Assembly: GCA_964614205.1 (NCBI GenBank)
Contig: CAZTKF010000007.1
Span: forward strand, 153 to 64,152
DNA from: an uncultured Loktanella sp.
Lineage (GTDB): Bacteria; Pseudomonadota; Alphaproteobacteria; Rhodobacterales; Rhodobacteraceae
Direction of reading: 5' to 3'
DNA: 64,000 nucleotides
A program made the position numbers and the translations under genes. The notes beneath the pieces are model-generated. The model saw nothing but the letters and a program-made list of their open reading frames with translations, had not been told where the DNA came from and searched no databases. Of the stretch, positions 27,859 through 36,752 are shown piece by piece (the first letter of the stretch is position 1; the number at the start of each line of letters is the position of its first letter).

Positions 27859-29511
27859 ATGAACAGGCACGGCGGAAAAATACTGAGTGATCAGCTTGTT
27901 AAGCTTGGCGTAGAGCGTGTGTTCTCGGTTCCTGGAGAAAGTTTTCTTGCCGCGCTTGATGGTCTTTATGACAGTGGCATTGCCAATATCGTCTGTCGGC
28001 AGGAAGGCGGGGCGGCGATGATGGCCGAGGCCTATGGCAAGATGACCGGCAAACCCGGAGTTTGCTTTGTGACGCGTGGACCGGGGGCCACCAATGCTTC
28101 GGCAGGCGTGCATGTGGCAATGCAAGACAGCACCCCGATGATACTTTTCGTGGGGCAGATCGACAACCGCCATACGGATCGCGAGACCTTTCAGGAGATT
28201 GACTATAAGGCTGTTTTCGGAGGTTTGGCAAAATGGGTTGCGCAGGTCGACGATACCGATCGTCTGCCTGAATATATCGGGCGTGCGTTTCGCGTGGCGG
28301 TGTCGGGGCGCCCCGGTCCGGTGGTGCTGGCCTTGCCCGAAAACATGCTGAGCGCGACTGCAGATGTACCGGATCTAAAGATTCCCGATACTGTTCCCCA
28401 GCCTCTGCCAGATAAGGCAGCGCAGTTGATCCTGCATCAACTGGCGCAGGCGGAACGGCCACTCGTCGTTGTGGGCGGTCCTCATTGGTCGGCTCAGGCG
28501 CAAGCGGATTTGCAGGCGTTTGCCGAACGGCAGCAAGTGCCCGTTGCCGCAGGTTTCCGTCGTCAGGACTACATGGACAACCGGCACGGAAATTATGTGG
28601 GCGATCTGAATGTCGGCATCAATCCCCGTTTGGCCGCGCGGGTCCGGGATGCCGACACGCTGATTCTGCTCGGGACCCGCTTTGGCGATATCGAGACACA
28701 GGGCTATACACAGGTCGATCCGGCCAATCCGGCAAAACGCATCGTTCATGTCCATGCCGATCCGGATGAACTGGGCCGTGTGTATACACCTGATCTTGCG
28801 ATCAACGCGACTGCCCCTGCAGTCCTGCGCCAGCTGGCCAACGCAGAGCACGCCGGCGAATGGGCAAGTTGGACAGCTGCTGCGCGGGCCGATTACGAAA
28901 GCTGGTTGACCCCGCAAGAAAGCCCCGGTGCGCTCAAGCAGGAAGTGGTTATCAAGTGGCTCTCTGATCATCTGCCTGAAAATGCCATCGTGACAAACGG
29001 CGCAGGCAACTATGCCGCGTGGTTGCATCGCTATTTCGTCTACAAGCAATATGGCACCCAGCTTGCGCCGACGTCAGGGTCAATGGGCTATGGCTTTCCT
29101 GCGGCGATTTCTGCATCACTCGCACATCCTGACAGGGCGGTGGTTTGTCTTGCCGGTGACGGCTGTTTTCAAATGACCTGCAACGAAATGTCGACAGCCG
29201 TACAGCACGGGGCAAAGCCCGTTGTTGTGGTAATGAACAACGGACGCTATGGCACGATACGGATGCATCAGGAAAAATCCTACCCGGGCCGTGTGTCCGG
29301 TACAGCCTTGATGAACCCCGATTTTGCCACTTTTGCGCGGGCCTATGGTGGACACGGTGAACGCGTGACGCGCTCTGAGGACTTTCCCGCAGCCTTTGCG
29401 CGGGCACAAGCCTCCGGAACGGTTGCTTTGATCGAATGTCAGGTTGACGATGAAGCACTGGCGACTGGTGCAACACTGAGCGCGATCAGGAGCGCGGCAT
29501 ACAAGGGCTGA
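27859..29511 (+). CDS. thiamine pyrophosphate-binding enzyme (acetolactate synthase-like)
   Basis: N-terminal TPP-pyrimidine domain (VPGESFLAALDG...RQEGGAAMMAEAYG...TRGPGATNA) and GDGCFQM...NNGRYG TPP motif. GGGAGG SD precedes ATG 27859. Confidence 0.8.
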   Translation: MNRHGGKILSDQLVKLGVERVFSVPGESFLAALDGLYDSGIANIVCRQEGGAAMMAEAYGKMTGKPGVCFVTRGPGATNASAGVHVAMQDSTPMILFVGQIDNRHTDRETFQEIDYKAVFGGLAKWVAQVDDTDRLPEYIGRAFRVAVSGRPGPVVLALPENMLSATADVPDLKIPDTVPQPLPDKAAQLILHQLAQAERPLVVVGGPHWSAQAQADLQAFAERQQVPVAAGFRRQDYMDNRHGNYVGDLNVGINPRLAARVRDADTLILLGTRFGDIETQGYTQVDPANPAKRIVHVHADPDELGRVYTPDLAINATAPAVLRQLANAEHAGEWASWTAAARADYESWLTPQESPGALKQEVVIKWLSDHLPENAIVTNGAGNYAAWLHRYFVYKQYGTQLAPTSGSMGYGFPAAISASLAHPDRAVVCLAGDGCFQMTCNEMSTAVQHGAKPVVVVMNNGRYGTIRMHQEKSYPGRVSGTALMNPDFATFARAYGGHGERVTRSEDFPAAFARAQASGTVALIECQVDDEALATGATLSAIRSAAYKG

Positions 29512-29540
29512 TGGTTGTTTTTGGGCATCCGATGCGCGGT

Positions 29541-30164
29541 TCAGACCTCTTGCCAGATGGTCTCGGCGTTGGATTGCCATTCATTGCGATGCAACAGCGG
29601 CGTATCATTGTCAGAAGCTGCTTTTCCAAGGCAAAGGTACCCCGTCAACTGCCAGTGTTCGGGCGCATCCAGACAGCGCGCAACAGCTTCAGGCTCCAGA
29701 ATCGACACCCAGCCGACGCCAAGATTTTCTGCGCGTGCCGCAAGCCAGAGCGTGTGGATCGCCGCGACGGTTGAGTAGTTCAGCATCTCTGGCATGGTCT
29801 GGCGGCCCAACCCGTGTCCGGCTTCGGGTTCGGTTTCGGTAAAGATGGCAAGGTGAACCGGCGCCTCGCGCAAACCAGCCAGTTTCAGAGCATTGTATGC
29901 GGTGCGCTGCTTGTCTTCGTAAATACGTGATGCCTTCGTGTTCGCAGCTTCGAAATTGCGGATGACGGCATCGCGGAGTTCCGCCGATGTCACTTGCAGC
30001 ACGCGCCAAGGCCGCGCATTGCCGACAGAGGGTGCGAAATCCATCGCCTTGCGCAAACGGTCCAACGTCTCTGCCGGGATCGGGTCGGGCAGAAAATGCC
30101 GGACATCACGCCGCCACAACAGGATGTCTTGCAAGGCATCGCGATGTGCCTGCGTCAGTTCCAT
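29541..30164 (-). CDS. bluB: 5,6-dimethylbenzimidazole synthase BluB
   Basis: Nitroreductase fold with LLWRRDVRHFLPDPIP and SVGNARPWR, plus cob-cluster context. Confidence 0.85.
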   Translation of the reverse strand: MELTQAHRDALQDILLWRRDVRHFLPDPIPAETLDRLRKAMDFAPSVGNARPWRVLQVTSAELRDAVIRNFEAANTKASRIYEDKQRTAYNALKLAGLREAPVHLAIFTETEPEAGHGLGRQTMPEMLNYSTVAAIHTLWLAARAENLGVGWVSILEPEAVARCLDAPEHWQLTGYLCLGKAASDNDTPLLHRNEWQSNAETIWQEV

Positions 30165-30524
30165 TCAGGCCTGAACCCAATTGCCCGCTTGTGAGGGCAG
30201 GAAGGCTTCCACCGCAGCGGTTGCGACAACGGCGGTGTCTCCGGTTTCTGGGTTCGGGATGTTGAGGCCGCCTTTGACTACGCCAACCTCGGCCCGCCCC
30301 CGCGGCAGCCCGGATTTCAGACCTTCGCTGTCGATCTTTTCAGGCTCTTGCACAGCGACGGTGACCTGTACCCGCATGTCGGTGTGCGGCAGGTCGATGC
30401 TGTCAAAGATCGGCAAGGTGGAATGCCGGATGGCATCCTCGATCGCACGGCGGGCCGCTTTTTGATAGTCCATGCCGTGCAGGTCGTTGCCCATCCCCAT
30501 TTCGATGATCACGCGCTGTTCCAT
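30165..30524 (-). CDS. Lin0512-family protein (motif-intact paralog)
   Basis: 119 aa. It carries GMGNDLHG, which fits the GxGxDxHG signature I recall for TIGR02058/Lin0512_fam. The stop abuts the bluB ATG. Confidence 0.6.
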   Translation of the reverse strand: MEQRVIIEMGMGNDLHGMDYQKAARRAIEDAIRHSTLPIFDSIDLPHTDMRVQVTVAVQEPEKIDSEGLKSGLPRGRAEVGVVKGGLNIPNPETGDTAVVATAAVEAFLPSQAGNWVQA

Positions 30525-30868
30525 CAGCTCCGCTCCATTTCAAACGAGACATTGATCGCTACATTCGCGATCACAGTCGGGTTGCCATCAGGGCGGGGGA
30601 TATCAAGGCCGCCATGGTGCACAGTGATCGTGGGCTGGCCGTAAGGAAAAATGTCCAGCAGGCTGTCAGTGTCGACCTGCTCGGGTTGCTGCACGCCGAC
30701 CAGCACATCAATCAGCATGGCCTCTTTGGGAAAGCCGAACAGTTCCGCCATTTTGATGGAATTGTGCCAAAGCGCGTCCTGCAAGCCACGCCTTGCGGCC
30801 TCCGTATAATCTTGGCGGCGCAGGCTGGTGCCCATGCCGAATTCGGTCAGAACGCGGTGTTTGGGCAT
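30524..30868 (-). CDS. Lin0512-family protein (motif-degenerate paralog)
   Basis: 114 aa and collinear with the neighbour, but the signature reads GMGTSLRR. There is a 1-nt stop/start overlap with the neighbour. Confidence 0.55.
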   Translation of the reverse strand: MPKHRVLTEFGMGTSLRRQDYTEAARRGLQDALWHNSIKMAELFGFPKEAMLIDVLVGVQQPEQVDTDSLLDIFPYGQPTITVHHGGLDIPRPDGNPTVIANVAINVSFEMERS

Positions 30869-30869
30869 C

Positions 30870-31478
30870 TTAATACTCCACGCCGATTTGGGCCTTTATA
30901 CCGGACCGGAACGGGTGCTTGACCAGTTCCATCTCCGTCACGAGATCGGCCAGTTCGATCAGGTCTTCATGGGCGTTGCGTCCGGTCAGGACCACATGTG
31001 TCATTTCCGGCTTGTGGTCGCGCAGGAAGGCCACGACCTCGGCGGCGCTGACATAATCATAACGGATCGCAATGTTGATTTCGTCCAGCAGGACCATGTG
31101 GTTGCTCTCATCAAGGATCAACTCCTTGGCTTTGGCCCAAGCTGCCTGTGCCATCTCGGTATCGCGGGATTTATCCTGCGTTTCCCATGTGAAACCCTCG
31201 CCCATCGTGTGAAAGGCGCAGGTATCGCTGAATTTCGAAAGGATCAGATCGCGTTCGCCGGTTGACATGCCGCCCTTGATGAACTGAACGACGGCGCATT
31301 TCATGTCGTGCGCAATGCAGCGGAAGATCATGCCAAAGGCTGCAGAAGATTTGCCTTTGCCCTTACCGGTGTGGACAATGATAAGACCCTTCTTGTCCGT
31401 CTTTGTGGCCATGATCTTGTCGCGCGCGGCCTTCTTCTTGGCCATTTTCATCGCGTGGCGGTCGGTGTCTTCGGTCAT
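30870..31478 (-). CDS. cobO: cob(I)yrinic acid a,c-diamide adenosyltransferase
   Basis: GLIIVHTGKGKGKSSAAFG P-loop and DEINIA; typical CobO/BtuR length. Confidence 0.9.
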   Translation of the reverse strand: MTEDTDRHAMKMAKKKAARDKIMATKTDKKGLIIVHTGKGKGKSSAAFGMIFRCIAHDMKCAVVQFIKGGMSTGERDLILSKFSDTCAFHTMGEGFTWETQDKSRDTEMAQAAWAKAKELILDESNHMVLLDEINIAIRYDYVSAAEVVAFLRDHKPEMTHVVLTGRNAHEDLIELADLVTEMELVKHPFRSGIKAQIGVEY

Positions 31479-31597
31479 TTGGGGCTCCCCGTTCCTCTTG
31501 CGGACAATGTGCCGCCAACCGGGGGTGCGTGCAACGGGGTAATTCCGCGACAGAGGTTGCCGAGCGACGCCATTTGCCGCCGCCCGGTTGCAGGGGT

Positions 31598-32812
31598 TTA
31601 TTCAGCAGGCACAACCTGCGCGTTGCCAGTGCGGCCAAAGTGGCGGCGGTTCAGGTAGATGACCAGAAGGACCATGGCAATCTGGAAGCCAAGAGCAACT
31701 GCGCTAAAGCCCCAATACGCAATACCGAACTTCGCGATCAGGCCTGTGGCGACAAGGCCCTTGTTGATCCAGAAGTGTAGCATGACCGAGAGCGCAACAC
31801 CGGGGCAGACCAGCGCATAGGCACCTGCAGAATTGCCCTGACCGCGCAGGAAGGCATCTGCATAGCCCTGACGCCGGAGCACCAGCAGCCCCAGCAAACC
31901 GAATGCGAACTGCACGGCGAGGATTTTGGTCAGCAGCATCAGCGTTTCCGCGTTGGCGGCGTGAACCTCGAATGTTGTGTGCAGGCCGTGGTTCTGCCGC
32001 AGAAGCATGATGCCCAGAACAGTCAGCAACGGAACAACAACCATCAGGGTCGGGCCGCTTTCCTTTGCGGTGCCATGGTGCAGCATCGAGTTGAATGCTG
32101 TAATCGCAGCGATTGTGGCATAGACCGCCGCGACAGTGCCGATCACGGTCGACAGAACAAGGCTACTGCCGACGATCACGGGTTGCGTGCTCATCGCGGC
32201 AGGGGCTGATAGGCCCACGGCGATCATCGCCAAGGCAAATGCGGGCAGCAGCTGCGCGAAAGAGTTGTTGGCGGTGACGTCGAAGACGCCGCCTTCGGCC
32301 AGGACGCGGCCAAGGAATTGCCCGATCTGACGCAGGGCCAGAACGGCGATTGCAAGGAAGGCGATCATCGCCAGTGGGAACAGATACTCAACCACTGTCC
32401 AGAGCTTCGGTACGAAAACCAAACCCAGAATGAAGCCCACATTGACCGTCATAGCCAGTGCCAACGGCATGGCCAGAAGCTGGGTTTCGCCGTTTGTCTG
32501 GCGCAATTTGGCATAGCTTTCGGTTTTCTTGAACTTCGACATTTCTGTCAGGTTCCAGATCAGGGTCTTGATGTTCAGAAAGGCGAATCCGGCGATGCCG
32601 GTCACGGCAATGACAAGCGCTGTCTTCATTGCAAGACCGCTTGCCGACCAAGCCCGCAGAAGGTCTTCAAAGACCGGAACAGGTTGGCCTGGATGCGGCA
32701 CCCAGAACATCAAATACATGAAAAACGTGACCGCCAGGCCGCCAGCACCAAGCGATGCCAAGAAATAGAGCGGAGAGTATGCGTCCGCAGGGCGCGTTCC
32801 AGTGTGAGCCAT
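31598..32812 (-). CDS. polytopic membrane protein of unknown function (about 10 TM), embedded in the cob gene string
   Basis: 404 aa, uniformly hydrophobic helices, GGAGG SD 6 nt before ATG 32812. I did not confidently recognise a family. Confidence 0.6.
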   Translation of the reverse strand: MAHTGTRPADAYSPLYFLASLGAGGLAVTFFMYLMFWVPHPGQPVPVFEDLLRAWSASGLAMKTALVIAVTGIAGFAFLNIKTLIWNLTEMSKFKKTESYAKLRQTNGETQLLAMPLALAMTVNVGFILGLVFVPKLWTVVEYLFPLAMIAFLAIAVLALRQIGQFLGRVLAEGGVFDVTANNSFAQLLPAFALAMIAVGLSAPAAMSTQPVIVGSSLVLSTVIGTVAAVYATIAAITAFNSMLHHGTAKESGPTLMVVVPLLTVLGIMLLRQNHGLHTTFEVHAANAETLMLLTKILAVQFAFGLLGLLVLRRQGYADAFLRGQGNSAGAYALVCPGVALSVMLHFWINKGLVATGLIAKFGIAYWGFSAVALGFQIAMVLLVIYLNRRHFGRTGNAQVVPAE

Positions 32813-32870
32813 TTGGGCCTCCAGTAATTACATTCCAGAAATGAAATATATTCCTCAATAGGGCGTTTCC

Positions 32871-32884
32871 TTGATATATGTCAA
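32871..32884. promoter_or_regulatory. FNR/Crp-family box
   Basis: TTGATATATGTCAA matches TTGAT-N4-ATCAA at 9 of 10 half-site positions. Its centre is 65 nt upstream of ATG 32812, in an AT-rich spacer, flanked by CATTCCA/TGGAATG inverted repeats. Confidence 0.4.
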
Positions 32885-33011
32885 GTTTGGAATGTTTTCT
32901 TTGTCCCGAAACGGGCAGTGAGCATTGCGCCAGCAAGAATGCCTGCCGGAGTGTAGGCTGAAAGAGACTGGTTGGGACAAGCGCTGCCCGCAGCGGCAGA
33001 AAGATCAGGGA

Positions 33012-36000
33012 TCAGGAAAGCAGGCCTGCGATCCGCGCCCGTGCGGAATTGGATCTGGGTTGCCAGAGGTCACGATCAATCGCCTCTTGCAACCGCTCGG
33101 CGATGTCTTTGAGGGCCGGCGCGTTGACGTCGGCGATAAAGTCGCGGGTGTCATCGTCCTGAATGAAAGCTTCCTCCACCAGATCAAAGTGGTGGTTGCG
33201 GACAGCCCCTGTGGTGGCGGCGAAAGCAAATAGGTAGTCAACAGTTGCGGCGATCTCGAAGGCGCCTTTGTAGCCGTGGCGTTTTACACCGTCGATCCAT
33301 TTGGGGTTCACAACGCGGGATCTGACGACGCGCCCGATCTCGTCATCAAGGGTGCGGATCACGGGTCTTTCGGGCCGTGAATGGTCGTTGTGGTAGATTG
33401 GCCGATCTTGTCCCTGAAGAGTGCTGATGGCTGCGGCGGCCCCTCCCTCGAACTGATAGTAGTCATCGCTGTCGAGGATGTCGTGTTCCCGGTTGTCCTG
33501 ATTTTGGATGATTGCTTCGGTCTGTGACAGTCGCGCTTCAAAAGCTTGTCGGTCCTTGCGGCCCTCCGCGCCTTTGCCGTAGGCATAACTGCCCCATTCA
33601 AGGTAGGCTTCGGCGAAGTCGGATCTTTCGGCCCATATCCGTTCATCGATCAGCGCCTGCAGGCCTGCACCATAGGCCCCGGGTTTTGAGCCGAACACGC
33701 GGGTCTGGTCCTCGCCTGCTTTGGCTCTTGCGGCGGCAGGGTTCAGATCGGCGGGCTCGTCCATTTCCTGCACGGCCCGTGCCGCGCTGTCGACCAAAGC
33801 AATCAGTTGCGGGAAGGCATCGCGGAAGAAGCCCGAGATGCGCAGCGTCACGTCGACCCTTGGCCGACCCAGCACGGATTGTGGCAGGATGTCGAAGCCG
33901 GTGACGCGACGGTTAGCGCTGTCCCATGTGGGCTTGACCCCCATAAGCGCGAGCGCTTGGGCGATATCATCGCCACCTGTCCGCATATTGGCGGTTCCCC
34001 AGGCGGTGACCAACATCGTCCTTGGCCAGTCGCCGTGGTCTTGCAGGTGCTTTTCGATAAGAAGATTGGCAGACTTCCAACCCAGTGCCCACGCAGTAGG
34101 CGTGGGAACAGCGCGACTGTCGACTGAGTAGAAGTTGCGGCCCGTCGGCAACACATCCATGCGCCCGCGCGTTGGCGCACCTGAAGGGCCGGGCGGCACG
34201 AATTGGCCCGAGAGAGCGGTCAGCAAAGCTGCACCTTCTGCCGTCCCGCAGGCTTGGATCGTGGGGAGGACCGTCGTCTGGATTTCCGTCAGCACTGTCG
34301 CGCTCATCGGCCCTGGCGGGCGCGCGTCGCCTTTGAGCAGGCGTTGGCTCAGGTCTTCGAGCCTTTCGATGGTGTCGCCGTTCGTGCGCCATGTTGTGCC
34401 ATCTTCCAGCGCATCCGGTTTGTGCGGGGGGGTGCCGGTCATGTCACAATCCAGCGGATCAATGCCCAGACCCAGATCGCTGGCCAGCGCTCGCAAGAAC
34501 GATGCGTTTTTTCCGGTGCCATCGCCGCGCGGCACCCGCGCAAGAGCAATCGCGAGGTCGCGTTCCTGCTGACCGCTTGGTGATTGTCCGAAGATATGTA
34601 ACCCGTCGCGGATCTGCGCCTCTTTGAGTTCGCACAGGTAGGCATCCAGCTTGCCAAGGTCGCCGTCCTGATCACCCGTGCACCCTGCGTCTTTCGCAAG
34701 TCCCGTGACATCGGACAAGGACAGGATTTCGCGGCGCAGATGCGTGATCCGGCGCGGGTCGACGCCAGCGGCTTCATAGTATTCGTCCACGAGCGCTTCG
34801 AGATCACGCAGGGGTCCATAGCTTTCGGCACGTGTCAGCGGCGGGGTCAGGTGGTCGATGATCACAGCTGATGTCCGCCGCTTCGCCTGTGTCCCTTCGC
34901 CGGGATCGTTCACGATAAAAGGATAGATGTGTGGCGTGGGGCCGAAGACCGCTTCGGGCCAGCAGGTTTCTGACAGCGCCACCGCCTTGCCCGGGAGCCA
35001 TTCGAGATTGCCATGCTTGCCCATATGTACGATGGCATCCGCGCACCAGTGATGCCGCAGCCAGAAATAGAACGCGAGGTAATTGTGTGGCGGGACCAGA
35101 TCGGGCGCGTGGTAGGTGTCGGTCGGGTCGATGTTATAGCCCCGTGCCGGTTGCAGGCCGACGACGGCGTTGCCGAAACGGTGGATGCTGAGGGCAAAAC
35201 CTGCGCTTGTCTTTGCTGTTGGAGCCTCCGGCGGAGGTATTTCTGAACATGAGAAGAAGGGGTCGTCTTCGGGTTGGCCCCAGCGTGTTGTGATCTGTTC
35301 CTTGATCTCCCATGGCAGGGCGTTGAAATGCCGGTTGTAGATTTCCAGCGGCAGGAATTCGCCGCCTTCTTTGTCGGCGCGGTCTGTGAGCCAATTGGTT
35401 GGACCAGCGAGGATTTGCGCCATGAGCGCGGCACTGTCGGTGGGTGGCGTCACGTCAGCTCCGGTCGCTTTGAGCAGGTTCAAGACGTGCACCGTTGCAG
35501 CGGGTGTGTCGAGACCCACACCGTTCGCGAGCCGCCCGTCCTTGTTGGGGTAGTTGGCGAGGATCAGAGCGGTCCTTCGGCTGGCAGGATCGCTGCGCCG
35601 CAGGTTGGCCCAGTTCATGGCCAGTTGCGTGACAAAGTCGATCCGGTCACCACGTGCCTGATAGGTGGCAATCGGGCATTCGGTGGCATCGTCAAAGAAG
35701 GCTTCACCTTTGAAACTGACCGCGCGGGAAAGGATGCGCCCGTCAACCTCGGGGAGAGCTACGTTCATGGCGATGTCGCGGGCGCTGAGACCATGCAGGC
35801 CATCTGCCCAGGATGCCTCGGTGGCCCCTGACAGGATCACCTGGAAAATCGGGGCCGCATTGCAAAGAAGCGGGTTCTGCGGGCCGCCGTCGCTGTCATG
35901 CGGGGTGCCGACCGCAAAGGCGGTGCAGTTGAGAATGACCTCGGGCGGGGCCTCTGCAAAGAGTTGGTGAAGCGTCGCGGTGCTGACGGGATCTTTCAAA

Positions 36001-36716
36001 CTGGCCACGAAAACGGGCAGGGGGTTCAGGCCTGCGCGCGACAGGCTGCGGACAAGCCGGTTGATGGGGTTCAGCCCACCACCCTGCACCAATGCCCGGT
36101 AGAAAATGATGGGCACAACCGGTGCCCCTTCTGTCCAGCTGTCCCGGGCAGCGGCGAGGTCCGCGATGCCGGCACCGGGCCAGTAGACGCCGGCACGCAA
36201 GAGCGGTGCAGGTGCAGCCGGTTTGTCACCCCCATCAAGCATTGCCTTGGCATAGGTGAGAAGATTGGCGCTGTTTTCGGGGCCCCCTTCGACAAGATAA
36301 GACCAGAGCGTATCATAGTCATCGCTGGTCACCGTCGAGAGTTCGCGGAGTTCCGGATCGGGTTTGTCATCGCCGGGCAAGGCGGCGAAGGGGATGCCAG
36401 CCGCGCGCAAGCGGACGGCGTATTGGGTCAGACCGTATTTCCAGTAGCCTGCGCCACCCAGAATGCGCGCGATCACCAGACGTGACTTGGTTGCGCAGCC
36501 GTCCAGATGCAGATCGACCGACATCGGGTGGGTCAGATGCATCAAATTGGCAAGACGCAGGCTTGGCGGGTCTGTCATTTCGGCGCGTGCGTCTGACAGG
36601 GCAGCCAGTTCGGTATCGGCGGCAGAGATGATGATGACATCGGCGGGTGTCTGTCCCAGATCAACAGGTTCGGTCCCGTCCGAGATAGCGCCCGGTGTGG
36701 CGGCAAGCAGGTGCAT
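33012..36716 (-). CDS. cobN: cobaltochelatase large subunit CobN
   Basis: 1234 aa, with CobN/Mg-chelatase H-type similarity throughout (e.g. GLQPARGYNIDP, HMGKHGNLEWLPGK). Confidence 0.95.
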   Translation of the reverse strand: MHLLAATPGAISDGTEPVDLGQTPADVIIISAADTELAALSDARAEMTDPPSLRLANLMHLTHPMSVDLHLDGCATKSRLVIARILGGAGYWKYGLTQYAVRLRAAGIPFAALPGDDKPDPELRELSTVTSDDYDTLWSYLVEGGPENSANLLTYAKAMLDGGDKPAAPAPLLRAGVYWPGAGIADLAAARDSWTEGAPVVPIIFYRALVQGGGLNPINRLVRSLSRAGLNPLPVFVASLKDPVSTATLHQLFAEAPPEVILNCTAFAVGTPHDSDGGPQNPLLCNAAPIFQVILSGATEASWADGLHGLSARDIAMNVALPEVDGRILSRAVSFKGEAFFDDATECPIATYQARGDRIDFVTQLAMNWANLRRSDPASRRTALILANYPNKDGRLANGVGLDTPAATVHVLNLLKATGADVTPPTDSAALMAQILAGPTNWLTDRADKEGGEFLPLEIYNRHFNALPWEIKEQITTRWGQPEDDPFFSCSEIPPPEAPTAKTSAGFALSIHRFGNAVVGLQPARGYNIDPTDTYHAPDLVPPHNYLAFYFWLRHHWCADAIVHMGKHGNLEWLPGKAVALSETCWPEAVFGPTPHIYPFIVNDPGEGTQAKRRTSAVIIDHLTPPLTRAESYGPLRDLEALVDEYYEAAGVDPRRITHLRREILSLSDVTGLAKDAGCTGDQDGDLGKLDAYLCELKEAQIRDGLHIFGQSPSGQQERDLAIALARVPRGDGTGKNASFLRALASDLGLGIDPLDCDMTGTPPHKPDALEDGTTWRTNGDTIERLEDLSQRLLKGDARPPGPMSATVLTEIQTTVLPTIQACGTAEGAALLTALSGQFVPPGPSGAPTRGRMDVLPTGRNFYSVDSRAVPTPTAWALGWKSANLLIEKHLQDHGDWPRTMLVTAWGTANMRTGGDDIAQALALMGVKPTWDSANRRVTGFDILPQSVLGRPRVDVTLRISGFFRDAFPQLIALVDSAARAVQEMDEPADLNPAAARAKAGEDQTRVFGSKPGAYGAGLQALIDERIWAERSDFAEAYLEWGSYAYGKGAEGRKDRQAFEARLSQTEAIIQNQDNREHDILDSDDYYQFEGGAAAAISTLQGQDRPIYHNDHSRPERPVIRTLDDEIGRVVRSRVVNPKWIDGVKRHGYKGAFEIAATVDYLFAFAATTGAVRNHHFDLVEEAFIQDDDTRDFIADVNAPALKDIAERLQEAIDRDLWQPRSNSARARIAGLLS
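35224..35259 (+). repeat. dispersed short repeat, copy A (inside cobN, antisense to it, in-frame)
   Basis: GCCTCCGGCGGAGGTATTTCTGAACATGAGAAGAAG is 33/36 identical to the intergenic copy at 63269-63304. Confidence 0.85.
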
Positions 36717-36752
36717 GTCAGATCACCTTTGCCGATATGGCTTGTGGTCGGA

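Noticed and set aside
31479-31597. Checked the cobO upstream spacer for a cobalamin riboswitch
   Set aside because: It is only about 120 nt, and just a vague AGAGGAACGGGG resemblance is present with no B12 box. It most likely is a plain intercistronic spacer.
32929-32947. B12-box-like string GCCAGCAAGAATGCCTGCC on the + strand between cobN and the membrane gene
   Set aside because: It is on the wrong strand for the flanking minus-strand genes. The other riboswitch core elements (AGGGAA, GGTG..AA.CC, GCCACTG) are absent nearby.
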